A stretch of 64,000 nt of DNA from Azolla caroliniana (GCA_043228905.1 JBHGNT010000004.1:8370001-8434000); one strand, 5' to 3'. Numbered from the stretch's first letter, positions 34,892 through 47,700 are shown. The notes: generated from the letters alone by a model not told the origin. Program-made: numbers and translations.

Positions 34892-37800
34892 CTCCGAAGA
34901 TTTTTGGTATCCAGAAGGTTAAGGATGCAATGAATACCATTTGGATGACATCCCCATCAGCCCACGACCCCATACAGGTACAGGAGGAAAAGATTATTAA
35001 TTCTTCTTTGTTTCTTCAGAATGTGGCTAGGGAGGAGCTGGTAAGGTGTCAATAGCGTCTGCAATGCTTGAGGAAGGCAATCATCTTAGCTCAAAAGCTG
35101 ACGCAAGTGGACCCATGTTGTGCTTGGGCGAAAGACAGGCTGTAGGAGGCCACTAGGTTGCTGCAGGAGGTTAGACAACAACGTGAGCAATTCCTCTTCA
35201 GAAAGTCGGCAGCATGGTGGGCTGTCAAGGGAGATAAAGTTAACAGAGAGAGTCTTTTCTTACCAAGACTCCGAAACGGAGAGGAACACATATTCACAAT
35301 CTCAAACGGGAGGATGACTCAATGACGTTTGATCAAGAGGAAATCTTGCAAATTGCGACTAATTACTACAAAGAACTTTTAGCTCCTATGTTGACAAACG
35401 ACCCTCCAAGTAACTTGATCCATGATGTAATTACATGCTTGAAGACCAGGACTGGAGAGGCAGCTAAAGTGCACTTGTCAAAAGCCATAGAGGAGGAAGA
35501 GATTGTAGCGGGGCTAGACAAGATACATAGTATGGCTTGTCCTGGTGCTCACGGCCTTCCCAAAGCCTTCTTCAAGGAGTTTTGGGAGCAAATTTTTGCA
35601 AGCTTGAAAGCTGGACTGCAAGAAATGTGGAGAACGGGACGGATGCTGAGTAGCTTCAATGAAGGCTTGATCTACTTGATTCCGAAATCGGAGACTGCAT
35701 TGCACGAGATTAGACAATGGAGGCCCATTACGATTTTAAATCTAATTTATAAAAATTTTGCTAACATATTAGTGCAGAGAATCAAGCCCTTCCTAGGAGA
35801 TATCATCCAGTCCAATCAAACCGGTTTCATGGAGCATCGTTCTATTATGGACAACGTGATTTTGTTTTGGGAGGTTGATGGAACGGCGAAGGAGACCAAT
35901 CAAAACTTAGCTTGTCTGATGCTCGACTTCGAGAAAGCCTATGATCGAGTGCAATGGTCTTTCTTGGAAGAAGTGATGAAGGTCATTGAGCTACCATTGG
36001 AGTGGAGGTGTGCTGCCCAAGCCTTATATAGGAATGGCTCGAGTAAGGTGTTGATTGCAGGGAGGAAAGGAGCTCGAATCTTTCTAACTCGATCCATTAG
36101 GCAGGGTTGTCCTCTTGCCCCCTTTCTTTTCCTTTTTATTACTGAAGCAATGTCTACCCTTTTTAATAGTCAAGGGGCAAATCTTCATGGTCTTTCGATC
36201 CCTAACTCAAGGAAGTCCCTGTTGCACTCGGAGTTCGCGGACGATATGATGTTATACCTCCAAGAAAATGAAGCGAATCTTGAGAGGGCACAGAGTGCTA
36301 TTGAGCTCTTTTGCAAGGGCATCAAGCATGTCCATCAATTGGAAGAAGTCCAAGGGTTTTTGGATCAGCTTGGAGTCTGAGCCTGTTTGGAAGCTACTAG
36401 GTATGTGGGAACGTGGATTGGGGTAGATATTGACAAAGGAATTCAGTTGCAACAAGTTCAAAGCAAAATTTGTGACAAAATTCGCAACTGGTCAAGGATG
36501 AACTTATCTTTGGCTGGCAGGATCATAGTATCTAACCATGTGCTCTTGTCTACGTTATGGCATGCAGTTTCAGTGTGGATGTTTGACAAGCAAGCTATTC
36601 GTACAGAGTGCTATTGAGCTCTTTTGCAAGGGCATCAAGCATGTCCATCAATTGGAAGAAGTCCAAGGGTTTTTGGATCAGCTTGGAGTCTGAGCCTGTT
36701 TGGAAGCTACTAGGTATGTGGGAACGTGGATTGGGGTAGATATTGACAAAGGAATTCAGTTGCAACAAGTTCAAAGCAAAATTTGTGACAAAATTCGCAA
36801 CTGGTCAAGGATGAACTTATCTTTGGCTGGCAGGATCATAGTATCTAACCATGTGCTCTTGTCTACGTTATGGCATGCAGTTTCAGTGTGGATGTTTGAC
36901 AAGCAAGCTATTCGTACTGTTAAAGAGTGTACTAGAGGATTCCTTTGGGCTGAGATGAGGAAAGACAACGCGGAAGCCAAAGTATCATGGTCTATGTTGG
37001 TTCTTCCCAAAAGTAAGGGGGGTTTAGGAATGATTGACCCTGGATTGCAGAGTCAGGCATCAGGCATTGTTACGTAAGGTATTGGTAAGGAGCTTGCTAC
37101 CCGGTAACGAGTTATGGAAAACATTGATACATAATAGGAGCATTCTCTCGAGTCCAAGACTGGGTGGGCAATGGAAGTCACACAAAGCATGGCCTTTTTG
37201 TATGGACTTAAAGTTGAGGAAATCTAACCGTTTGGCTGATCGTACTTGTATGTCAGTGATGCAGGCGTGGAGTATGCTCCGAGGGCATCTAAGTCAGAAT
37301 CGTCCAAGTACTAGTGCTGAATGGATGCGCCAACCCCTATTGTGGAACGAGACCGTACAATCGCCAAAAGGAACGATGCTTGGACAAAGCAAGCACATGG
37401 CGTGGGCTATATTGTATTGTCTAGGGATACACTCGGTGGCTGATTGGATGCGGTTGTCTGGCAATAATCGTGATCAATTATATGAAGACATGGGAAAGGT
37501 CAGAAATGGTAGAAAGTTGCTTGACGTAGTCAATACAATTGTCTCCTCGCTTCCTATTGGTAATGAGGAAGAGGGTGAATGGTCCGGACAATGTGATGAT
37601 ACCGAAAAAATTATCAATGTCAGGGGTCTAGGAAAGAATGGGAAGACTGTCCAGATGGGATTATTAGATGAAAGTGCAGGCTGGTACCCGATTAGAATTG
37701 TGGCAAGAGACAGAAAGAAATGGAAGGTGAATCCACTAGTCGAAGAGGTTGAGGAGGACTAGATCTTGTACGTGGTTGAAGGCAAGCCTCTTGAGCGCAT

Positions 37801-38620
37801 AGAATGGGATCCTGCTGAATATACCTGGAAAGGAGAAGAAGATAAATCATTAGGTTTCTTCGAATACCCGACGTGCTTGAGGAGAAAGTTAGGTTCGTAT
37901 CGTGAGAAGTGTGCCAACAAGTGGACTCATGCAGCTATCGATTCAGTTTTCATGGATAGAACCAGGAGCAGGATATGGAACTCATCCCTTCCCAAGCGGA
38001 TCAAAGTGTTTTTCTGGTTAATCACCCATCGGGCTGTTCCAACGGGAGAGTGGCTTGGGAATAGAGGTGGCATGAGTGGCTGCAAGGCCTATAGTGTGAG
38101 CTTGGAGGACATCGCTCATTGTTTGTGGTGTTGCCCACGAGCGCAAGAAATTTGGCTGAGGAGCTTAAGAATCTTGGCTCGGTTCGGGGTTGAGGTTCAT
38201 GTATCGAGTGCAACAATCACTTGGTTGGCCATTGAATCGGCCTCGTGGTTTCAAGGGTGGAATGGAAACAATCCTTCTTTATAGGTGATGCAATGATCTA
38301 TGCAACCAACGCAAGGAGGTTTATTCTTCTTACAGGAACGCTACGTGGACATATGGGTATTAGTGGTCGGCCTTACAGTCTGGCAAGTGCGGGTATCTAG
38401 GTGCAAGGAGAATTTAATGATGATTTGGTTTAATCTTATTTCTACGTTGCGAGGAGAGTTTGAAAGTCTTCAAGGATCATCTGACGCAAGTGAAGAAGTT
38501 AGAGTTCGTTTCCTTCTTAAATGGAGCGGTTCGTCGATGCTGCAGATAATAGATGGTAAAGTGAAGTGGAATTATCAACCACCACGATGGGTGTTCCCTC
38601 CGAGTGTACTGAACATCTAG
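34892..38620 (+). pseudogene. LINE B ORF2 RT and C-terminal region (decayed)
   Basis: WRPITILN, QTGF, LDFEKAYD, IRQGCPLAP, EFADD, GGLG, EDIAHCLWCC. Continues the frame broken at 24219 (NLRI|PPKIF). Confidence 0.9.
36290..36917. repeat. 313-bp direct tandem duplication inside LINE B
   Basis: ACAGAGTGCTATTGAG starts at both 36290 and 36603. The copies appear identical, with AC microhomology at the junction. Confidence 0.93.
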
Positions 38621-38644
38621 ATGGGTGCTGCCATGAGGAGTGAA

Positions 38645-39004
38645 TGTTAGGAAACAGGTTCCTCCGGATGGGAAGTGAGAAGAATAGTACTGATGAGTAA
38701 ACTCGGCCGAATGTGGACTACCCGGCTACGGAAGACCCAGTGAGAACCGGATGAGGAGTACCCGGCTACGGAAGACCCGGTGAGAACCGGATGAGGAGTA
38801 CCCGGCAAGAGCCGGATGATGAAGGCCCGATGAGAAGTGCTCACCGGATAAAGGGACATATTCGTAAATATGTCTTCTGAGAGTCCATCAGGGCTATATT
38901 TGTAAATAGCCGAAAAATCATATTAGTATAAATATGGCTTAGGGCAAACTTAGAAGGGCGTTGTTGTCATTCTTGTTGACGCAAGATTAGAGAGCGCAAC
39001 AGTG

Positions 39005-39042
<38 letters not shown>

Positions 39043-39321
39043 AACGAAGAGGTCGTTGCCTCTGTTGTAACCGCCGCCTGTGGCGAAGATCGTGAGCACG
39101 AGGTCGTTGCCTCCGTGAGCTCACTGTTGGAATCATTGTGATATAGTGATAGTTTGGAGTCTGTGAACTCCCGTGGTTTTTCCCTCTCAGGTTTTTCCAC
39201 GTTAAACATTCTGTGTACTCTTCTCTCCTTTGTGTCATGCGTTCACTATCCGTTTTCTGTGTTTGATTTTAGACTCAGTTGTGGCCGAGCGTGGTTCATC
39301 GGGAGTGTGTAGTTCCTGTCA
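38645..39321 (+). mobile_element. Solo LTR (677 bp), Tork-like family
   Basis: TGTTAG...CTGTCA with perfect TSD GTGAA (38640-38644 and 39322-39326). Confidence 0.95.
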
Positions 39322-39561
39322 GTGAATGGAGGACATCTATGCTAAATTCTATTTTGTATGAGGTTCACGTGGAGAATATGCGTTCGAGTAAAGCTATACA
39401 CATAGAATGATGTGGTGCTTTGGAGTTGTTTTTTTTTTGTTGTTTCATCTCCACTTATTGTTTTCCTTTGACATGCAAGATGTCGTGTAAGATATGAGTT
39501 GTAAATTATCCTTTGTACATTGCTTAACTAATGGAAGTAGTTTTTTTTTTGGAAAAAAAAG

Positions 39562-39845
39562 AAGATATAGTTGTAGGCAATCGAACATTTCTTGGTGCGA
39601 TCAACCGAACTATTGGAACCCCACCCACTCTATCTATCCCAGAAGCATGTCCATCGTGCATAGCAATGAATTTACCTAGGAAAGTCCCAATGCGAGGAAG
39701 AACGTTCCTCCACTCCTTCCTCAAACCAGGGAATACCATCGTAAAAACCATGCTAGACTCCTGATCCTGCAAAATGTCATCCACCTTAACATGATGCAAC
39801 CATTTGTGAAAGGAAATCCACGCACCTTCCACACCCGCCTCCTTA
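39562..39845 (-). mobile_element. LINE A ORF1 upstream part (other half of the element at 13600-18678)
   Basis: Removing LINE B and one TSD copy gives the in-frame sequence ...RNVRLPTTISLPNLLINKTPVLQKVYYQGMLDQCFVCRQFGHLGRDC. Confidence 0.88.
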
Positions 39846-40050
39846 TGGTGGATTTAAGAGTGCTTTCTTTGCATTTTTAAATTGTGTTTCAGTGCCTTAG
39901 GAATTGGGGATTGCTTTTTATCTTTTATCTTTTATGGAAAATAAAAGGCATACTCGTATGTTAGTTCTCTTTGTTGGAGGCATCAAGGACTGTGATACAA
40001 GCAACTAGTGATTTGTAGGATTGTAGGGCATCATGTCCACTATTTGCATT

Positions 40051-43000
40051 TGTTGAGAGATCAAGCTCAACTTAGTTTAGTTATTTAGTTAACCATGTAA
40101 CTTCGTAATTACCGAGATAGAATCTAGTTAGAAGTGTTGACTATAACGCCTTAAATAGGACTTTGTACTTAAAGTGGGATATTCTAGAGCCTCCACTCCT
40201 AACTACATTTAATATAGGACTTACACCTTAGTACCTATATTCTACTCACACATGTGCACCTTTGCACATGAGATGTATATATACCTCATTGTGGGTATTT
40301 TTGTATTTGATGATGATGATGCTAATTAAATATAGAGTTAATCATCCCCCATCTTGTATTGTTCATAAGTGTTAACTTCCTCTCTCTCTCTTCCTCTCAC
40401 ACACATACACACACATATCACTTAATCTTCCGCATATCAACTAATCACATAATTAGGTAATTATTAACCCCTAGTTAATTACCTAATTCTTAACATGGTA
40501 TTAGAGCCTGTGGTTTAGAAAATCCACTAAGCCCACTCGATTCCGTGATTGTGTGTTTGATACGCCAACGACAAAATCTAGCTATCAGCTACCGTAGTGC
40601 TGCTACGTAGCACGTGTACATGATCGAAGGAAGGAAAGAAAAAACGGAATCCACTACAATCAACATGAACACACAAATGGGTAGCTTGCTCCCTAGTGAA
40701 AAGCTAGACCGAAACAATTATTGATCTTGGGAGTACAAGATGAACCAATACCTTGTCGGCCAAGGGTATTGGCGATACATCAACAACTCTCAAGAAAATT
40801 GACCTGACCCAAAGAACGCCGAATACTCAACATGGGAGCAAGCGGTGAGTCGAGTAATGTATTGCTTGCCAACATGTGTCCACGACCACATGCTTCGCCA
40901 TATTTGAGATGCCAAGACGCCCAAAGAGGCATGGGAGAACTTAATGAAAATGTTCCCTGCCAACACAACCGCCCGAAAGCTTCAACTCCGACAAGAGTTG
41001 AACAACATTTGGCAAAAAGACATGTCTGTGTCGGACTACACCACCAAGATCAAGAGCATTTGCGACTCGCTTGGATCCATCAAAATAAACGTCGACGAAG
41101 AAGACATTGTTCAAGTATGATTGGGTGTCCTTGCACAACGATTCGACTCGTTGAGGACGACAATCTTGGTGAGGGAAAACCCTCCTTCGTTCTTCGACCT
41201 TCAATCATTGCTAATGGTTGAAGAGAACCACGCCCAAACCAAAACCAAGACATCGGAAGGACAAATGTTCTTCTCGAATTTGGATGGTGTTCGAGGACGA
41301 GGTTGAGGTGGTAGAAGAGGTCGATTTGACCCATCACACAAAGGGAACTCAAACCTTCGACAACAAGACGGAAGCCATCAAGGAACCTTTGGAAGAAGGG
41401 GGAGCTTCCATGCTGAACAAGGTCGGCAAATGAGGCCCGCAACTTGCAACTATTGCGGAAAAATCGGCCACCGCAAGGAGGATGGCCGAAATAGAAGAAG
41501 AGAGTCGGCTTCGACAAGTGAACAACTCACAAATTACGCCACCAACTCCAAATACGATGACTACGGCGGACTATTCGTAATGAGGCATAGAGCGAACTCT
41601 CTGTCAACCTCCGACTCCGCAAGCAAATCCAATTCGGAAGACGTGTGGTTTGTCGATTCCGGCGCCTCACATCACATGACATCCCACAAAGAGTGATTCA
41701 ATGACTTGTGTACCCCGGATCAACCCGACTTCATAGAGATGGGAGACAACACCACACATCCCATTTGGCACATCGGCAATGTCCCATTCCAGAAAGAAGG
41801 CGAGGAAACTTGCATCAAGAATGTCTTGCCTGTGCCCACAATAACGAAGAATTTGGTTTCCGTTGGCCAAATCGTGGAGCAAGACATGCAAGTCCTCTTC
41901 AACAATGAAGGTTATTTCATCAAGAAAGATGGCCGACTCATAGCCAAGGGATGTAGAGACGGTCGAATGTTGATCCTCGATTCAAATGAGGTGAAATCGG
42001 CCATGTACGCCAAAGGTCTCAAAACCGAGACAAGCATCGAGTGGCACAAAAGAATCGGCCACATAAATCTCTAATGGCTTCAAGCAATGCAATCAAAGGG
42101 AGTCATCATCGGACTTCCAGTATTCGAATCAAAACGAGTCGATCGAAAATGTGAAGCATGCCAACTCGAAAAACAACATCGACTCCCATTCGCGAAGGAG
42201 AGCCACGCAAGCAAATGCCTCCTCTACATCATACACTCGGATGTATGGGGACCGGCTCAAACGCCGACGATCGGCGGATGCCGATTTTATGTCACCTTCA
42301 TCGATGACTACTCGCGCTACGCGTGGATCTTCCCGATCAAGAAGAAGTGGGAAGTGTTCTCCCACTTCCAAAAGCTCAAGGGCCAAGTCAAAAAAGAAAC
42401 TAGTCGGCACATTCGATGCCTACATTCGGATGGAGGCAAGGAGTACTTCTCCAATGAATTCACCTCCTACCTCCAAAGTGAAGACATTCGGAGAGAATTC
42501 TCGTGCCGACACACACCCCAACAAAATGGAGTAGCCAAAAGGAAGAATTGGCAAATACCCGAGGTAGCACGTGCCATGTTACATGAGAAGCACATGCCAA
42601 ACTTCTATTCGGCCGACGTGGCATCCATGACCGTCTATCTCATGAATTGGTGCACCACTAATGGAGTGCATGAGCTAACTCCATACAAGCTCCTTGTCAG
42701 AAGGAAGCCGATCTTGTCGCACCTTAAGGTGTTCAGAAGCATTGCGAAGGTACGCATCCCGAACAAAAATTGATAGAAGCCCGACGCGAAGTCGGAGAAA
42801 TGTATCCTCGTAGGATACTCATCCGAGAAAAAGACATACAAGTGCTACAACCCTTCTACCCGAGCGGTTCAGGTAAGTTGAGACGTAGTCTTTGATGAGT
42901 CCGCATCCTGGTATGCACCAGAGACGACTTCGACTTCGACTCCACTTGACCCGGAATCCGGCGAAATAGAGATAGAAGCCGAAAATCGACTCATGCGCAT

Positions 43001-44041
43001 ATTCGAAGGAAGTCCGATTGCGACAAAGGTAAGATGCCCGAATATGAAGTTGACCACCCCAACGATAGTGATTCGGATGTTTCGGCTCGCTCACTAGACA
43101 ATGAGTTTGGTGTAACCATCATGCGGACACCCGGCGGAGTAAAGAAGGCACTCACATCGGCGAGTGAAAAACTTTGACATGGATCTAGAGCAAAGAACCC
43201 CGTCACTCAGCTCGGCTACAATGAGTACATGGCACATCAGTATGCCTTCAGGATGAAGGTAGCAGCCGAATAATAGCCCAAAACTTTGACGCGGATCTAG
43301 AGCAAAGAACCCCGTCACTCAGCTCGGCTACAATGAGTACATGGCACATCAGTATGCCTTCAGGATGAAGGTAGCAGCCGAATAATAGCCCAAGAGCTCC
43401 ATCGACGTGGCTCGTAACCCACGATGGGTGGAAGTAGTCGACCTTCGCCCACACACTACAAGCCTTCATCACCGGCTTGAGGGGGAGGAATTGAGATTGC
43501 CACGACGAAGAAAGTCGAAGGCAGTACAGAAGAACACGAAGCCGACAAAAGGCAAAGTGGATGTCAGACGCCTCACACTTGAGCCTGAGAGGGCGTGTTG
43601 AGAGATCAAGCTCAACTTAGTTTAGTTATTTAGTCAACCACGTAACTTCGTAGTTACTTAAATAGAATCTATTTAGGAGTGTGGACTATAACGCCTTAAA
43701 TAGGACCTTGTACTTAAGTGGGATATTCTAGATCCTCCACTCCTAACTACATTTAATATAGGACTTACATCTTAGTACCTATATTCTACTCACACATGTG
43801 CACCTTTGCACATGAGATGTATATATACCTCATTATGGGTATTTTTGTATTTGATGATGATGATGCTAATGTAATATAGAGTTAATCATCCCCCATCTTG
43901 TGTTACTCATAAGTGTTAACTTCCTCTCTCTCTCTCTTCCTCTCACAGACATACACACACATATCATTTAATCTTTTGCTTATCAACTAATCACATAATT
44001 AAGTACTTATTAATCCCTAGTTAATTACCTAATTCTTAACA
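40051..44041 (+). mobile_element. Decayed copia (second family) lacking RT/RNase H
   Basis: LTRs 40051-40495 and 43596-44041, PBS TGGTATTAGAGC 40496-40507, TSD GCATT/TCATT. Gag knuckle CNYCGKIGH, WFVDSGAS, HSDVWGP, HSDGGKEY with stops. Coding jumps to the 3' end at about 43440. Confidence 0.92.
43168..43393. repeat. 112-bp tandem duplication
   Basis: CTTTGAC..GGATCTAGAGCAAAGAACCCC starts at 43172 and 43284. Confidence 0.9.
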
Positions 44042-44313
44042 TCATTGGTCATTATCCCAAATGACATTATAGGTCCAACATGATGTATGTAGAGCTGAAG
44101 TAATGAGATTCTTGATGACTTTTGTCATGGGTCAATAGGATATTTCATACCTATCAATTGAAGCTCCACGTTATTTATTAAATTAATATAAATTACCATT
44201 TACAAGAGGAACAATAATTGAAAATCAAATATTCATGGAACCTTTATCATATCGGATGGAAAAATCATACTATTGGATAAGATCTGCCCATCATGGCTTA
44301 CGAACCCTAAGGT

Positions 44314-44775
44314 TTTTGGGAAACCCGACCCTTCGGATGGGACTGAACAAGCCAGATTAAACAGATTGGGTATGAACCAAAAGTAGGGACATATTAGGAA
44401 ATATGTTCGGATGCACTTGTTGAGGCCATATTTGTAAATAGCCCTAAGGTTATATAAGTATAAATATAACTAGGGAAAAACTTATTATGCATGAAGAACA
44501 ATTCTAAGTTATTGTATAGAGAGAGAGAGAGAGAGAGAGAGATACAAAAGGTGTATCTGTTGTAACCACCAGTTGGCGAAGACATAGAGCTCAAAGTAGT
44601 TGCCTCTGAGATTGTATTGTACCCTTCCACTCTCCTATAGTGATCTTGTTTGGAGTCTGTGAACTCCCGTGGTTTTGCATCTCAAGGTTTTCCACGTTAA
44701 CATATTGTGTCGTCTCATTTATGTGGAAGTGCCTTGATTTCAAATTTCTATTCTGTTTCTTCCATTCTCGATCTT
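44314..44775 (+). mobile_element. Old diverged Tork-like LTR fragment, 3' end lost
   Basis: CCTTCGGATGGG start motif, TATA palindrome, (GA)n, GGAGTCTGTGAACTCCCGTGG and TTTTCCACGT are shared with the other LTRs. Confidence 0.75.
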
Positions 44776-47700
44776 CCTCCGTTTCCCGTTCGACAAGACT
44801 TTGCAGGTTCCGGAAACAATCGAAGACTTCGCCCTTCTTCTCAATGAGATAGATCCACGTGTGCCGGCTGTAGTCGTCGATGAAGGAGATGAAATATTGG
44901 CTCCCGCCAAGACTAACATTCTGTGCCGGTCCCCATACATCCGAATGTATCAAGTTGATCTTGTTACGGCTCCGGTTTCTTTCGGTGGAGAACGATGTCG
45001 TGGTGTTGCATGTCCAATGGGAGAAATTGTGAAATAGTGTGCTTCCACGGACATTACACAAACGATTATAAATATGAAATTAGCCTAGGTTCTAATGGCA
45101 TTCGAGTACATATAGAGGGGTGCAAGCAAGATTTGAACCTTGCACCTCCAAGGTAAAAGACATTGATCTTACCACTAGGGCTATTACCAAGTACTTTAAA
45201 TGTTATGTTTTTCATATTCAAAAGACAGAGGAAACAACCATACAAACCCGTGTGCACAAAACCATGGTTCCAAGCCCATGGTTTTGGGCATGCCATAAGA
45301 AAAACCGTGTGCCTAAAAACCATGGGTCCAAGCCCATGGTTTTGTTCATGTTAGAAGCATGGATAGACCTATAAAAACCCTTGTAATGCTTGTGTAAGGG
45401 GGGGCTCAATATGTGATATCATCATCATCATTAATATAATATTCTTCTTATTCTTATTCTTCTTGTATATCTTCTTCTTGAGTGTACAAATTTCTGATCT
45501 TCTCAATTGCAGCATTGTTTCCTCAAATCTTACATTCACATCGTCCTCTTCTCATTAACTTAAAGGACGTCCTCCCTAGTCCGAGACCCCGGTGGTTCCG
45601 TTCAAACGAAGGACGCACGCACGCGCATCTTCATGACATCTCTTGGTGAACCCGACGTGAAGAGAGGTAGGAGAGGATGAAGATGGAGGAGGAATATCTC
45701 ATGAAGGCAATGTCAAAGATGATGATGGAATTTTCAAGAGAAGGGAAAAGACGAGATGTGGCCCAACAAGCTGTCGAAAGCATGATCGAGCAAGTCGGTT
45801 GTTTTGATGGGGGCAAAGTCAAATATTTCTAAAGCCCAACAATGCCGAAATGGATTCAAGAGGTGTGAACGAAGTAATGAGGCTAGAGTAATTTTGTCGA
45901 GTGGTGGCCAAACCAATCTACGAAGAGATGAAAGAGCTTCAAAAATCTCACGATTCGTGGGGGTCCTTCGAGGAAGCTTTCCGAGAGGCATATGGTTATG
46001 AGGAGCCGAAGGGACGAGGTCTATCTGAGTTTCACCAATGGGTGTCATCGAGGAATACCCACCATAGTGCTATGCATGCATTTGTTGAGTTTGAGTGTCG
46101 CGTCGGGATCAAGGATTGGTGGGGGCGAATAAAGTCTTAATGTTCGTAAAGTCGATTGATTGGAAGGATAGGAAGGCCATCGGAATCTGACTTGAGGATG
46201 ACGATGGTGCAAATGGCCTCACCAAAAATTGGGCCTATGTTGAAAGAGTATGTCGGCAACATGGCAAGAGAAACAAGGGAATCTTGTTGACAACATCATG
46301 GTCCATAAGGGACAATCAAAGGAGGATGAGATGTGGCAACACGCAACCAACGAAGGAAGAGATCTCAAAGAGAGTATATTCAAAGACACTCAACATAGAA
46401 GCTTTGATGAGAGAAGCATTTTAGAACTTAAGGCACAAGTCGATGTTGAAGAGGAGCTTAAAATGGAGCAAAAATTGATGCAAACGGTGATAGTGGAAGA
46501 AGAGACCTCCCAACAAATGTGGATTAATGATATGGAAAATACGAAGGACAAGGTTTGGTACGACAGTACCATGGGAGGTGTGGAACAAGCCACCTTATCA
46601 ACTTACAGAGGAAAGACAATCAAGAGATAGACCAAAGACTTGAGAGCGGGAAATGCCTCTTTAAGAGTGGACGAGCATTTCGGAACATACGTTGTGTCTG
46701 AAATATTGAGTGATGAAAGTGCAAGCATGAGCAAAGCTTGTGTGATCAAGGGGGATAAAGAGTGCGAGGCCGACGTGATTGAGGCGGTAGCCACGAGGAA
46801 TGACATCGAGTCGGAGATGGCTATGGACGAGTCCACGATGGATGGCCATGTCGAGACTTTCCCAACACTTGATCTAGAGACTTGGGCAGTTGCGTCCAAG
46901 AGATGGAGAGTGGTGGGGAAGCAAAGATTGAATCCAATGCGAATAATAGCGTTCAGGCAAAGATGGCTATGGAAAAGTCGACGGTGAGCGATGGTGCCAC
47001 AGTTCTCCCCACAATTGTTCCTGAGACTTTGGCAATTGTGCCCGAGTGCCAACGTGAGACCGGAGAGACGGGAGGTGGAAGAAGGAAATCGAAGGACCGA
47101 AACGACGATGAGGATGACGAGGTGGATAACCACAGACGAAGGGATCCCTCCACACCGGTTCTGGAGACTTCGGCAGTTGTGCCCGAGAGACAACATAAGA
47201 CTAAAGAGATGGAAGGTAGCGGCGAGGAGATGGGGGTCGAAGCTAGCGCATACAGAGGAACAATGTCCAACAAGGAGGCCAAGAACAAAGCCAGAACAGA
47301 GTTCGATGAAGAGCCAAAGAGCGGCAAGAAAGGAAAAACCGGAAGAAAATCCGGATAGAAGATGATGTGGTTGGTATTTCGGCCTGAATGGAAGCTTACG
47401 AGGACGGGCTCTGATCAACTAGGCCCGACCGAACCGAAACCCAATGCGGCCAAACTAGATCGGTCAGACCCGATCCAGAAGGGAGTAGACTTGTTTGAAG
47501 CTGATCGTTTAAGTCCGATTCGGCCGAATGCAAATACAGACGAATGAAGACCAAGCCAAAAGTTGATTGGTCGAGACCGATCCAGACAGAAGTCGAGCCG
47601 GCCTAGCCAGAGGTCGAAACAGAGAAGTCGCGACACCCGGTCGAGGCTGGTGAGCATGAGACGAGAAAGGATGATGAACCTTGCACCTCCAAGATAGAAG

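Larger units (their letters stand above)
18679..39561 (+). mobile_element. L1-clade LINE 'B', apparently full length, inflated by nested LTR insertions
   Basis: Flanked by the 16-bp direct repeat AAGATATAGTTGTAGG (18663-18678 and 39562-39577), with an A8 tail at 39553-39560. ORF1, EN, RT and zinc finger occur in order. Confidence 0.9.

Noticed and set aside
45115-45192. Functional tRNA gene
   Set aside because: A and B boxes are present, but there is no convincing acceptor or anticodon stem. Reported only as a tRNA-like cassette.
46603-47418. 271-aa minus-strand ORF as a possible env-like or antisense gene
   Set aside because: It is the complement of a purine-rich, low-complexity plus-strand region, so its Ser/Leu/Phe richness is compositional.
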